From a virus (lineage: Duplodnaviria > Caudoviricetes): a DNA stretch of 63,953 nt. This document shows positions 1 to 8,400 of this stretch, piece after piece; position 1 is the first letter of the stretch, and the number at the start of each line of letters is the position of its first letter. The stretch spans positions 1-63,953 of the IMG/VR virus record IMGVR_UViG_3300037337_000110. One strand, given 5' to 3'. The notes beneath the pieces are model-generated. The model was not told the origin of the DNA and searched no databases. It saw only the letters and a program-made list of their open reading frames with translations. The position numbers were made by a program, and so were the translations under genes.

Positions 1-7
1 CGGGCAT

Positions 8-289
8 ATGGTGGCAGCAGGAAACATCAGCGAAGCAGATGAACTGCAAAAGGTTTTGAGTCTGTCTCTGTACACGCTTAGGCATTACCTAAACTCTCTT
101 GCTGTGCTTTGTGACAAGCCAGAAGAGCGCAACTACACGCCAGAGCAAAATCGCTACTGTCACTTTCAAAAGCAAAACCCGCACACCCCCAAGGTAATGG
201 CTTCACTGGGGTTTGACGCGAACACGGTGCGTCGTTTTATTGACACCTGCCTGTTTCCAGAAACCACCCATTCTGAGAGTTTGCGGTAG
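8..289 (+). CDS. hypothetical protein, possibly 5'-truncated by the window edge
   Basis: ORF collinear with downstream genes; no recognised motif. Confidence 0.35.
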   Translation: MVAAGNISEADELQKVLSLSLYTLRHYLNSLAVLCDKPEERNYTPEQNRYCHFQKQNPHTPKVMASLGFDANTVRRFIDTCLFPETTHSESLR

Positions 290-296
290 AGCAACC

Positions 297-602
297 ATGA
301 AGAACTTTATTTTGCAGCGGATACTGAACATTCTAATCGCCTTCGACCAGCTGGTTTACACAGTGGTGACGCTGGGCTACGGCATGCCCGATGAGACCCT
401 GTCCGCTGCTGCCTGGCGCACCGAGCAATTAGACAGGTTCGGCGGCAAGTTGTTCAGGCCGTTGATCGACATGCTGTTTTGGTTTGATCCAGAGCACTGC
501 AAGGGCGCTCACGAAAGCGAGTTGCTCAGGGCCTATTTGCGTTCACGGGTCAACCAGCCTGCAGCCTTGGTGGTCAACCCCGTCGTCGTGCAGCCGAAGT
601 GA
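297..602 (+). CDS. conserved phage hypothetical protein
   Basis: N..IAFDQ...PDETLSA..WR...RP.ID.LF.FDPEHC pattern common near phage tail/lysis genes; start moved to ATG 297. Confidence 0.65.
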   Translation: MKNFILQRILNILIAFDQLVYTVVTLGYGMPDETLSAAAWRTEQLDRFGGKLFRPLIDMLFWFDPEHCKGAHESELLRAYLRSRVNQPAALVVNPVVVQPK

Positions 603-649
603 TTTGTGTGCCGAGGTGGTAAATTCCGGTTAAACTCAGCCGCAACAAT

Positions 650-667
650 TAAGTCAACGCTGACTTA
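650..667. promoter_or_regulatory. perfect copy of window-wide palindromic operator TAAGTCA-N4-TGACTTA
   Basis: TAAGTCAacgcTGACTTA directly upstream of the lysis cassette. Confidence 0.7.
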
Positions 668-688
668 TGAAACAACACTGGGAAGCAC

Positions 689-1087
689 ATGACAGCGGTT
701 CAACAGGTAGGGTACGAAGAGTTCCACAAGCTCGCCGGCGATGTTGGCGAGGTTAAGTTGCTCATGGTGAAAATGGTCGAAGCTCTAGCGCGCATTTCGC
801 TGCTTGATGAGCGCCAGCAGACAGTCTCGACCTTCATGCAAAAGCTCGACGCTCGCATGGAGCGTATGGAGGCGCGACAGCACGATGCCGAGATCAAAAG
901 CGCGCTTGCGGGCGGTGGCTTCGGGCGCCTTGAAGCGCTGGAGACGGGCTGGCGCGAAATCTACATCGACCGCGAGCGCGACAAGGCCCGCATTCAGACA
1001 ATGGTGTGGATGGTGCGCGCGCTGTGGGCCGTGGCTGGGACCACTGCATTCACCCTTATCGCCAAAACAATGGTGACGCTCACATGA
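689..1087 (+). CDS. coiled-coil protein with C-terminal TM helix (holin/antiholin-like)
   Basis: heptad-rich body, hydrophobic C-terminus, ATGA overlap with the endolysin. Confidence 0.6.
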   Translation: MTAVQQVGYEEFHKLAGDVGEVKLLMVKMVEALARISLLDERQQTVSTFMQKLDARMERMEARQHDAEIKSALAGGGFGRLEALETGWREIYIDRERDKARIQTMVWMVRALWAVAGTTAFTLIAKTMVTLT

Positions 1088-1566
1088 AAGTCATCATCAA
1101 GCCTGCAGCCGCTGTGAAGCTGTCACCCCACTTCTACCTCTCCGAGTTCGTCGAGAGCGAGACAGCGCAGCGCCGGGGCATCGACAACAACCCCAGCCCG
1201 ACCGATCTGGCCAACCTGTTCAAGCTGGCCGCCATGCTGGAACAGGTGCGCTCCCTCTTGGGCAACAAGGTGATCACGGTCACCAGCGGCTACCGCGGCC
1301 CGGCGCTCAACAAAGCCGTCGGCGGTGCAGCCACCTCTGACCACCAGACCGGCGAGGCGGTGGACTTCAAGTGCCACAGCTTTGGCACCCCGCTTGATGT
1401 GTCGCGCGCGATCGCCGCCTCGACCATCGAGTTCGGGCAGCTGATCTGGGAATTCGGGAGCTGGATTCATATCAGTCTTCCGAACCGGGGTGTGAAAAAT
1501 GGAGAAGTTTTGACGGCACGGCGAGTAGAAAAGCGAACTGTTTACACCAAGGGGCTGACTCCATGA
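1084..1566 (+). CDS. endolysin, peptidase M15 family
   Basis: LSPHFYLSEF, SGYR..LN.AVGG...SDH..GEAVD, WIHIS motifs. Confidence 0.9.
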   Translation: MKVIIKPAAAVKLSPHFYLSEFVESETAQRRGIDNNPSPTDLANLFKLAAMLEQVRSLLGNKVITVTSGYRGPALNKAVGGAATSDHQTGEAVDFKCHSFGTPLDVSRAIAASTIEFGQLIWEFGSWIHISLPNRGVKNGEVLTARRVEKRTVYTKGLTP

Positions 1567-2336
1567 GACTTGTATTTTCACCCGAGCAAGTTGAAGAAAT
1601 GCTGAGACTTCACGCCAGTGGAAAAAGTGCTCGCGACATAGCGCCTATTTTTGGTTGTGGGCGCAGCACCATCTGTGAAATTTTGAAGAGCAATGGGTCA
1701 GATATGAACCCAAGTAGATTCATCTCTGCAAAGATGCTTGGCAAAAAAATTCGACTGGGCGCAAGGCATACATCGCAGACGCGCGAAGCAATGTCCAAAG
1801 CGAGAAAGGGGCGACCGGGGACTCGGTTTGGGCCGCACTCTCCAGAAACTCTTGCAAAAATTAGTGCCGCAACGAAGGGTAAAAACCTTCGCTACACGCC
1901 AGAGCAAAAGCTGCAAATTGAACAAATGCGCGCAAGACTAAAGCGCCTTGTTCGACGCACTCTTCTCGCGGCCGGCACGCGCAAGAAAATTCCATCAGAA
2001 GCCTACCTAGGCTATTCAAAGCACGAGCTGCTCGCGCACCTAGGCCCAAAGCCAGCGCATGATTCTGAAATCGACCACTACGTCCCGGTGGTTGAATTCT
2101 TTCGACGTGGAATTTTTGACGCATCTGTGGTCAACGCACTTCCAAACTTGCGCTGGCTGTCTTCTCTTGAGAACAAGATCAAGGGCTCGTCCTTACCTGA
2201 CGATGCAGAGGGTGTTATTTCCGCTTGCATGAGCTTGCCCAACCGCGCCAGCAACCGCCAGGTGCTGACCGCCAAGTTCACCAAGAACGCACAGGGCAAA
2301 ACCCGGGTGCTTTACTCGGCCGGCATCAACACATGA
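1563..2336 (+). CDS. free-standing HNH homing endonuclease with N-terminal HTH and NUMOD3 repeats
   Basis: HTSQTREAMSKARKG and HSPETLAKISAATKG (NUMOD3); EIDHYVPV...NLRWL...EN..K (HNH); more AT-rich than flanks. Confidence 0.85.
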   Translation: MRLVFSPEQVEEMLRLHASGKSARDIAPIFGCGRSTICEILKSNGSDMNPSRFISAKMLGKKIRLGARHTSQTREAMSKARKGRPGTRFGPHSPETLAKISAATKGKNLRYTPEQKLQIEQMRARLKRLVRRTLLAAGTRKKIPSEAYLGYSKHELLAHLGPKPAHDSEIDHYVPVVEFFRRGIFDASVVNALPNLRWLSSLENKIKGSSLPDDAEGVISACMSLPNRASNRQVLTAKFTKNAQGKTRVLYSAGINT

Positions 2337-2701
2337 GGCGCCTTCTTGTCGCTCTCGCGCTCGCCTTGTCGATGGGGGCATGCACCGCTGCAAGTCCGCT
2401 GCAAGAGACGCGCGTGGGCGCCGAGGTTCTGCGCAGCGAGGGCGGGCAGATTCAACGCAGCAGCGCGGTCGTGCGGGCATTCCAACAGCGCTGGGCATGC
2501 CCAGCCACCCATCAGCACACTGGCGCGTGCCCAGGGTGGGCCGTCGACCATGTGATTCCACTGGCGTGCGGGGGGCTTGACGCGGTATCGAACCTGCAAT
2601 GGCTCCCCAACGAGATCAAGAGCGCGCCGGGCGCGCTGACCAAGGACCGCTTCGAGCGCTGGGTCTACGGCGGCGCAAACATGAGCCCAGGCTGCCCATG
2701 A
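2333..2701 (+). CDS. exported or lipoprotein HNH-type nuclease
   Basis: signal peptide MRRLLVALALALSMGAC followed by CP.T...GACPGW.VDHVIPLACGG.D..SNLQWL. Confidence 0.7.
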   Translation: MRRLLVALALALSMGACTAASPLQETRVGAEVLRSEGGQIQRSSAVVRAFQQRWACPATHQHTGACPGWAVDHVIPLACGGLDAVSNLQWLPNEIKSAPGALTKDRFERWVYGGANMSPGCP

Positions 2702-2937
2702 CCACAGAGCCCACCAAGAACGCCCTCAGCTGGATGAAGGTGCTCAACCAGGCAGCGCGACCCTACCTGACGGTCATGTTTGCCACCAGCTACAACATCG
2801 TGTGCGTGGTGGCGGTGATGACCGGAATGATGAGCATCGACACCTTCATCACCGCCAACGCGCCGATCGTGGCCACCCTGCTGGGCTTCTGGTTCGGTGA
2901 ACGCGCAGCACTCAAAGACCCAGGACGCCCCGAATGA
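2698..2937 (+). CDS. holin
   Basis: 79 aa, two TM segments, RP and GFWFGER motifs, lysis-cassette context. Confidence 0.7.
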   Translation: MTTEPTKNALSWMKVLNQAARPYLTVMFATSYNIVCVVAVMTGMMSIDTFITANAPIVATLLGFWFGERAALKDPGRPE

Positions 2938-3458
2938 TTTCACCTCTTTTCACCGGCATGACTGCCAAGCTGGTTCTCGTTGCTGTGCTGGTCACCGGCG
3001 GCTACTACCTGATCACCGCCATCGAGCAGCGCGGCTGGGACCGCCGTGATGCGCTTGCGCAGGTTCAGGCCGCCGCGGTCGAGAAAGCCAACAGCGAAGA
3101 GCGCCTGACAAACCTCATTGACGGCCAAGCGCGCGACGCCCTGCTGGAAATTCAGCTCGAAGCCCTTCGCACGGCAAGCGCCACCCGCGCCACACAACTC
3201 TCAACCCACCTGAAGGCACAGACCGCTGCGCCTTACCAACCCAAGAAGGCCAACTGTGACCGCTCTGACCAATCCACCGCCATTCCCGACGCCCAAGCAG
3301 CGCCTGATTTTGACGATCGGCCTTTGCTTGACCAGTCTGTTCTTGATGCTGTCACTCTCGGGCTGCTCAACGACGCCCGCGCCAACCGCGCGCGCCCAGC
3401 GCCTGACATCGCCCCCACCAGCGGCGATGCAGGGCGCACTGCCCCTGCCGCAGATTGA
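2934..3458 (+). CDS. inner-membrane spanin (Rz-like)
   Basis: N-terminal TM then coiled coil; overlaps a lipoprotein ORF. Confidence 0.7.
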   Translation: MISPLFTGMTAKLVLVAVLVTGGYYLITAIEQRGWDRRDALAQVQAAAVEKANSEERLTNLIDGQARDALLEIQLEALRTASATRATQLSTHLKAQTAAPYQPKKANCDRSDQSTAIPDAQAAPDFDDRPLLDQSVLDAVTLGLLNDARANRARPAPDIAPTSGDAGRTAPAAD

Positions 3459-3624
3459 GCCCGAGAGCCCCGGGCTTGCCGTGACGGGTGCCGACCTGGC
3501 GCTCAACGATCTCACGGTGGTGAACCTGTACCACGACCTCGCCGCCCGCCACGACCAGCTTGTTGACTGGGTGCTCTTCCAATGCGTGCCCCAGACAGCG
3601 CAGTCAACCAAGAAGCCGCAATGA
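3256..3624 (+). CDS. outer-membrane spanin lipoprotein (Rz1-like)
   Basis: lipobox LSGC, Pro-rich, overlapping the i-spanin in another frame. Confidence 0.75.
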   Translation: MTALTNPPPFPTPKQRLILTIGLCLTSLFLMLSLSGCSTTPAPTARAQRLTSPPPAAMQGALPLPQIEPESPGLAVTGADLALNDLTVVNLYHDLAARHDQLVDWVLFQCVPQTAQSTKKPQ

Positions 3625-4952
3625 CCCTCACCGACAAAGACGCCGCCTTTCTGGCGGTCTACAACGACACCAAGCGCTTCCCCGACAGTGCAGCCGTGGG
3701 CATTGAGCTGGGCATGAGCCACTCCCGGGTGCGAGCCCACGCTTCAGAGCTGCGCGCACAAGCAGAGCGGGGCGGGTTCACCGTCATCAGCCGCCAGCAC
3801 CACTCGGTGCCCATGAGCGAAGACGCAAGCCGGTACCGCCCCGAGTGGACCGCCCAAGACTGCATCGACGAGCTGCGCCGGGTCGCTGCAATGGACACAG
3901 ACAGGTCGGTGTCACGCAACTACTTTCGCATTCATGCCAAGTGCAGTGAGTCCACCTGGAACCGCTTTTTCGGCAGCTTCAATGAGTTCAAACGTCAAGC
4001 CGACTTGATTCTCACGCGCCAGCAAAGCGCGATGGAGCGCAAGATTGCCAAACACGCCTCGGTGGACCACTACCGCGAGATCGGCGCAGAGCGCGCCAGC
4101 TACGCCGGCCTGTACGTGCGCCCCAACAGCAAGCGCTTCAAGACCATCATTATCGCCAGCGATTTGCACGACGAAGAAATGGACCCGTTCTTTCGCCGCG
4201 TGCTGATCGACACCATCAAGCGGGTGCAGCCTGACACGTTCTGCCTGGGTGGCGACGGCCTGGACCTGCCCGAGTTTGGAAAATACGCCGTTGACCCGCG
4301 CGAGTGGGGGCCGACACGTCGCATCAAGTACATGCACGGCTTTCTGCGCGACATGCGCGAAGTCTGTCCCGACATGCAGATCGACTGGTTGGAGGGCAAC
4401 CACGAGTACCGTCTGATGCGCCACATGGGCGACGCGACCCCGGCCCTCAAGGTGATTCTGGAAGAACTGCACGGGATGACAGTGCGCAAGCTGCTGGGTC
4501 TGGACGCCTACCAGGTGAACTACATCGCCAAGGCTGACCTGGCCGCCTACCGCGAGCGCGACATTGCCAAAGAGCTCGGGCGCAACTACACGATCTACTA
4601 CGATTGCCTGCTGGTGCATCACTTCCCAGAAGGGCGTCATCTGGGCTTGCCGGGCGTGAACGGTCATCACCACAAGCACATCAGCTGGCCTGCCTTTAGC
4701 CCGGTCTACGGCGCGTTTGAGTGGCACCAGCTGGGCTGCGGCCACCGTCGCGATGCCAGTTACTGCTCGGGCGAAAAGTGGCACATGGGCTTCATGATCG
4801 CCAACATCGACACCTGGACTCGCCAGGTCAACTTCGACTATGTTCCGGTGACAGACTTTGCTGTGTCGGGTGGGCAGTGGTACCGGCGCGAAAAGGTCGA
4901 GGTTGTGACGCCAGAGACACGCATCGCACTGCCGATTAACAAACTGGCTTGA
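3621..4952 (+). CDS. calcineurin-like metallophosphoesterase with N-terminal HTH-like and repeat domains
   Basis: SDLH, GGD..D, GNHE and GHHH motifs. Confidence 0.8.
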   Translation: MTLTDKDAAFLAVYNDTKRFPDSAAVGIELGMSHSRVRAHASELRAQAERGGFTVISRQHHSVPMSEDASRYRPEWTAQDCIDELRRVAAMDTDRSVSRNYFRIHAKCSESTWNRFFGSFNEFKRQADLILTRQQSAMERKIAKHASVDHYREIGAERASYAGLYVRPNSKRFKTIIIASDLHDEEMDPFFRRVLIDTIKRVQPDTFCLGGDGLDLPEFGKYAVDPREWGPTRRIKYMHGFLRDMREVCPDMQIDWLEGNHEYRLMRHMGDATPALKVILEELHGMTVRKLLGLDAYQVNYIAKADLAAYRERDIAKELGRNYTIYYDCLLVHHFPEGRHLGLPGVNGHHHKHISWPAFSPVYGAFEWHQLGCGHRRDASYCSGEKWHMGFMIANIDTWTRQVNFDYVPVTDFAVSGGQWYRREKVEVVTPETRIALPINKLA

Positions 4953-5016
4953 TAAGTCAATGCTGACTCAGTAGAATAAAGACCACCGTCACTCAACAAC
5001 TTGAAAAAAGTCGCAT

Positions 5017-5163
5017 ATGAAAAAAGGTCTGTACGCAAACGTCAACGCCAAAAAGGCACGCATCGCCGCGGGCTCAAAAGAGAAGATGAACAAGGTAGGT
5101 AGCAAGAATGCCCCGACTGAAAAAGACTTCAAAAAATCCGCAAAGACTGCAAAAAAGAAGTAA
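5017..5163 (+). CDS. 48-aa Lys-rich small phage protein (absent from the ORF track)
   Basis: MKKGLYANVNAKKARIAAGSKEKMNKVGSKNAPTEKDFKKSAKTAKKK; preceded by operator and TAGAAT. Confidence 0.7.
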   Translation: MKKGLYANVNAKKARIAAGSKEKMNKVGSKNAPTEKDFKKSAKTAKKK

Positions 5164-5202
5164 TTCAAGTTTGAACCAAGGCACCTTGCGCGCAAAAAGC
5201 CA

Positions 5203-5556
5203 ATGAACACACCCCGCCACGACATCGAGATTCACCAAGGCGTGACCTTCATGCTTGGGCTCGTTTACAAAGACCCAAACGGTGAGCCAGTCGATCTGAC
5301 GGGCTACTCGGCCCGCATGACTGTGCGTGACTCTGAGGGTGGGAAGGTGCTTTGCGATTTGTCTTCGACGGCTGAGCACATAAGACTGGGCGACACCGCG
5401 CCCGGCGCGGTCAATGTTGAAATTTCTGATTCGATCACCAGAAAAATGCCAGTGACAAGGTTGGGCGTTTATGACCTGTTGTTGTTTGCTCCAGGTGGGC
5501 GCTCGTACAAGCTGATGCGCGGCGACAGTCCCGTAATTTACACGGCCACGCTGTGA
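5203..5556 (+). CDS. structural accessory protein (Ig/BppU-like)
   Basis: I.QG.TF...P.DLTGYSARM.VR...YDL pattern of phage structural accessory proteins. Confidence 0.6.
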   Translation: MNTPRHDIEIHQGVTFMLGLVYKDPNGEPVDLTGYSARMTVRDSEGGKVLCDLSSTAEHIRLGDTAPGAVNVEISDSITRKMPVTRLGVYDLLLFAPGGRSYKLMRGDSPVIYTATL

Positions 5557-5711
5557 TCGAAAACATCGTCATCGTTGTTCGCGATCTGCCGCGCGTTGTT
5601 GAGGTTCTAAAAAGCCAATTAACGATCGAGGTTCAACCAACTCCCTACTTAGCCAACGTCGTCACAAGTGGACCCCAGGGAGCGCCGGGGTCGACTCAAC
5701 GACACCTGTGA
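5553..5711 (+). CDS. 52-aa protein with collagen-like GPQGAPG
   Basis: GTGA overlaps with both neighbours. Confidence 0.45.
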   Translation: MIENIVIVVRDLPRVVEVLKSQLTIEVQPTPYLANVVTSGPQGAPGSTQRHL

Positions 5712-5908
5712 CCAGCCGCACGCTCACCTGGGCCGCAGGCAAGCTCGCTGCCGTCACCTACGCCGACGGTCGCAGCAAGGCCATGACGTACACAGGCGAG
5801 CAGCTCACCCGCGTGGACCGCCTCACGCCCGGCCAGACCACCCAGCGCGCTGACCTTGCATACAACCCAGACGGCACACTCGCCGGGATAACAGAATCGG
5901 TGATCTGA
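5708..5908 (+). CDS. hypothetical virion-associated protein with YD-like beta hairpins
   Basis: TY.G..LT.V and Y..DG.L patterns. Confidence 0.5.
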   Translation: MTSRTLTWAAGKLAAVTYADGRSKAMTYTGEQLTRVDRLTPGQTTQRADLAYNPDGTLAGITESVI

Positions 5909-5909
5909 C

Positions 5910-6956
5910 ATGGCCGTTTTCACAAACGCTCAATTTCTTGACAGCGGCACAGCCCGCACGGCAGGGGAGGTGCACACGTTCAACGGCGGATCGCTGACTG
6001 TTCGCACCGACACCCGTTGGCACGCCAACGCACCAGCAAATATGACCGGAACCTTCGGCGGCAACTCGGTGATCTCGGCTTCGCTGGGAGGCGAGTTGTT
6101 CATTGACGCCCGGGAGGTGCGCTGGATGCCTTACACGGGAGGCAGCGGCAGCGTGCCTGCCATCGGCACCACCATCACGCGTGGCGGCGTCAGCGCCTAC
6201 CTGCTGGGTGCCTGGGCCAGTCTTACCGCTGCGCCCACAGCAGTAGGTGCGGCAATGATCAACGCTCCGTACAGCAATATCACGGTCAGCTATTTCACGG
6301 CAAACCAAGTGAGAAACATTGGCGGTGTGCCTCGCAACTTCAAGATCATCGTGGCGGGCAATGGGGCGACGCTGGAGCAGATTTACACGAAAATCCAGTT
6401 CCTGTTGCGCCAGTCCACAAACATCAACACTGCGGGAACCGCTGGCGTAAAGACTGGGAAGATTCAGAACGCCTTGCTGTCGTTTGTGGGGGACACGCTA
6501 GGGACTTCGCAGTCGGTATTCATTGACAATATTCAGGGTGCGGACAGCAACCGCATTGAGTTCTTTGATGACGCCAACGTTCTGCGAACAAACCCGTTCT
6601 CTTCGGCTGGCACCATCAGCTTCAACACGCCCCTGGTGGGGGCAGGCTCCAGCTACCGTCTGATGTTCACCGCCCCTCTAGGCGCAGACAACGACTTTGG
6701 CGAAGCCGGTGCGGTCACGGTGAACGACGCAGCAGGTATACCCATCACCGGCACGATCAGCGCAGTCACGGTTGAATTTACCTACGACTATGCCGGTAAC
6801 GTGCAGGGTGGGGCCATTGCTGGTACCGACCGCGCCGTGACGTTGATTGCCATTCGCCCTGGCAGTGGAAAGTATGTAGCGGCCACTGGCACGATCACGC
6901 GCTCAAAATCCATTGCGCTGTCCCTGGTGGCCGAAGCTGACCGCGTTTACCGCTAA
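5910..6956 (+). CDS. putative structural/tail-fibre-associated protein
   Basis: 348 aa G/T/A-rich beta composition; context. Confidence 0.6.
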   Translation: MAVFTNAQFLDSGTARTAGEVHTFNGGSLTVRTDTRWHANAPANMTGTFGGNSVISASLGGELFIDAREVRWMPYTGGSGSVPAIGTTITRGGVSAYLLGAWASLTAAPTAVGAAMINAPYSNITVSYFTANQVRNIGGVPRNFKIIVAGNGATLEQIYTKIQFLLRQSTNINTAGTAGVKTGKIQNALLSFVGDTLGTSQSVFIDNIQGADSNRIEFFDDANVLRTNPFSSAGTISFNTPLVGAGSSYRLMFTAPLGADNDFGEAGAVTVNDAAGIPITGTISAVTVEFTYDYAGNVQGGAIAGTDRAVTLIAIRPGSGKYVAATGTITRSKSIALSLVAEADRVYR

Positions 6957-6965
6957 AGGACCAAC

Positions 6966-7433
6966 GTGTCCGTCACTGTTGATCCAGTCAACCGCAGGCT
7001 TGTGCTGTCTAGCTCAGCAGTTACAGCTCAGGCTATCTATGTCGCGTGGGCCGACTGGATGCTGCTGGGAGACAACCTGAAGTTTCCCCCTGCATTCGAG
7101 TCTGCCGGTGGCGACGACCTGGGCTTAGGCTTGACCATCCCGCCTTACTACTTCTTGGAGAACGGTTGGAGGGTGCGACCCCTGGAGGATAACCATAACC
7201 TGCTGATCACCGGCAACTTGTTTGTGCGTGGAGGGGGTGTGCCTGTGGTCCCCACCATTGGCGTGTTCCAAGTGAACGTCAATTACACGGTACCTGTGAT
7301 GGCACAGGGTATCGCTACCAGCGGCGGGGGAGGTGGTGGGCTCACCCCCGAACAAGCCGGGCAGCTTGCCGCTCTGGCCGCGCTGCTGTCGCAAGTCAAG
7401 CAAGACACTGGGCTGATTCCGGCGCTACTCTGA
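6966..7433 (+). CDS. putative structural protein
   Basis: AAGGA SD before GTG; GGD..G..IP.Y.FL.NGWR.RP pattern. Confidence 0.6.
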   Translation: MSVTVDPVNRRLVLSSSAVTAQAIYVAWADWMLLGDNLKFPPAFESAGGDDLGLGLTIPPYYFLENGWRVRPLEDNHNLLITGNLFVRGGGVPVVPTIGVFQVNVNYTVPVMAQGIATSGGGGGGLTPEQAGQLAALAALLSQVKQDTGLIPALL

Positions 7434-7517
7434 GAAAAATCTGGATTCATGGCCAGTGCTTATGGCAGTCAGAACTGACTCATGCTACGATCAAGTTTGA
7501 CAACTGGAGCATCAAAA

Positions 7518-8252
7518 TTGGCAAAGAACCTCAGACCGAAAACAACCTCCAATAGACGTGCTCACGCCAACGACCGTGCGCCAGTTGTCAACCCCTACGA
7601 GATACTGCAGCCGCCAATGCGCAGACGTATCACAGAGCCGCTGCAAGCACAGACCGAAGCCCAGGGCGAGTACATTGCAGCCATCAAGACCGCCGAGCTG
7701 GTCTTTGCGATCGGGCCAGCCGGCACAGGCAAGACCTACATTGCTGCCGCCTACGCCGCTGAGCAGCTAATGGGCAAGAGCATCGAGAAGGTCGTCATTA
7801 CCCGTCCAAACATCGAGGTGGGTCAAGCAATGGGGCACCTGCCCGGCGAGCTTGAAGAGAAGTATGCGCCCTACCTTGCTCCCTTTCGCGAGGTGATGAT
7901 TGAGCGCATGGGCAAGGGGCAATACGAATACTGCCTGAAGACCGAGCAGATCAGCCCACAGCCCCTGGGTTACATGCGCGGCAAGACCTTTGATAACGCC
8001 ATTGTGATTCTGGACGAGGCGCAGAACTGCACCGTCGCCGAGATGAAGATGTTCCTGACCCGCATTGGCAAGAACTGCACCGTGATTGTCGACGGCGATC
8101 CAGCACAGTGCGACATTCACGGCACATCCGGGCTGATGGATGCGGTTCACCGCTGCCACAACATTAGCACCGTGCGGGTGGTTGAATTCACCGAAGACGA
8201 CATTGTTCGCTCCGGGCTGGTTCGGGAAATTCTTCGCTGTTACCGAAACTGA
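7518..8252 (+). CDS. phoH: PhoH family ATPase
   Basis: GPAGTGKT, TRP, G.LPG.L.EK, YMRGKTF, LDEAQN, TRIG, GD..Q.D, DIVRS; TTG start with GGAG. Confidence 0.93.
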   Translation: MAKNLRPKTTSNRRAHANDRAPVVNPYEILQPPMRRRITEPLQAQTEAQGEYIAAIKTAELVFAIGPAGTGKTYIAAAYAAEQLMGKSIEKVVITRPNIEVGQAMGHLPGELEEKYAPYLAPFREVMIERMGKGQYEYCLKTEQISPQPLGYMRGKTFDNAIVILDEAQNCTVAEMKMFLTRIGKNCTVIVDGDPAQCDIHGTSGLMDAVHRCHNISTVRVVEFTEDDIVRSGLVREILRCYRN

Positions 8253-8400
8253 CCAGCCTGTTTGCTGTCACATGAAGCCCTGGCGTACCGGGGCTTTGTG
8301 CTTTCTGGGGCTTTGTGGCGAATGTTAGCGATTTGACCCTCTCCCCCTTATAAGCAACTTCTAAAATACAGACACCTAATACTCTTTATATAAGCGCGCG

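Noticed and set aside
1450-2232. Group I intron in the endolysin
   Set aside because: The endolysin reads to its own stop with a complete tail, and coding sequence fills the insert, leaving no room for a ribozyme core
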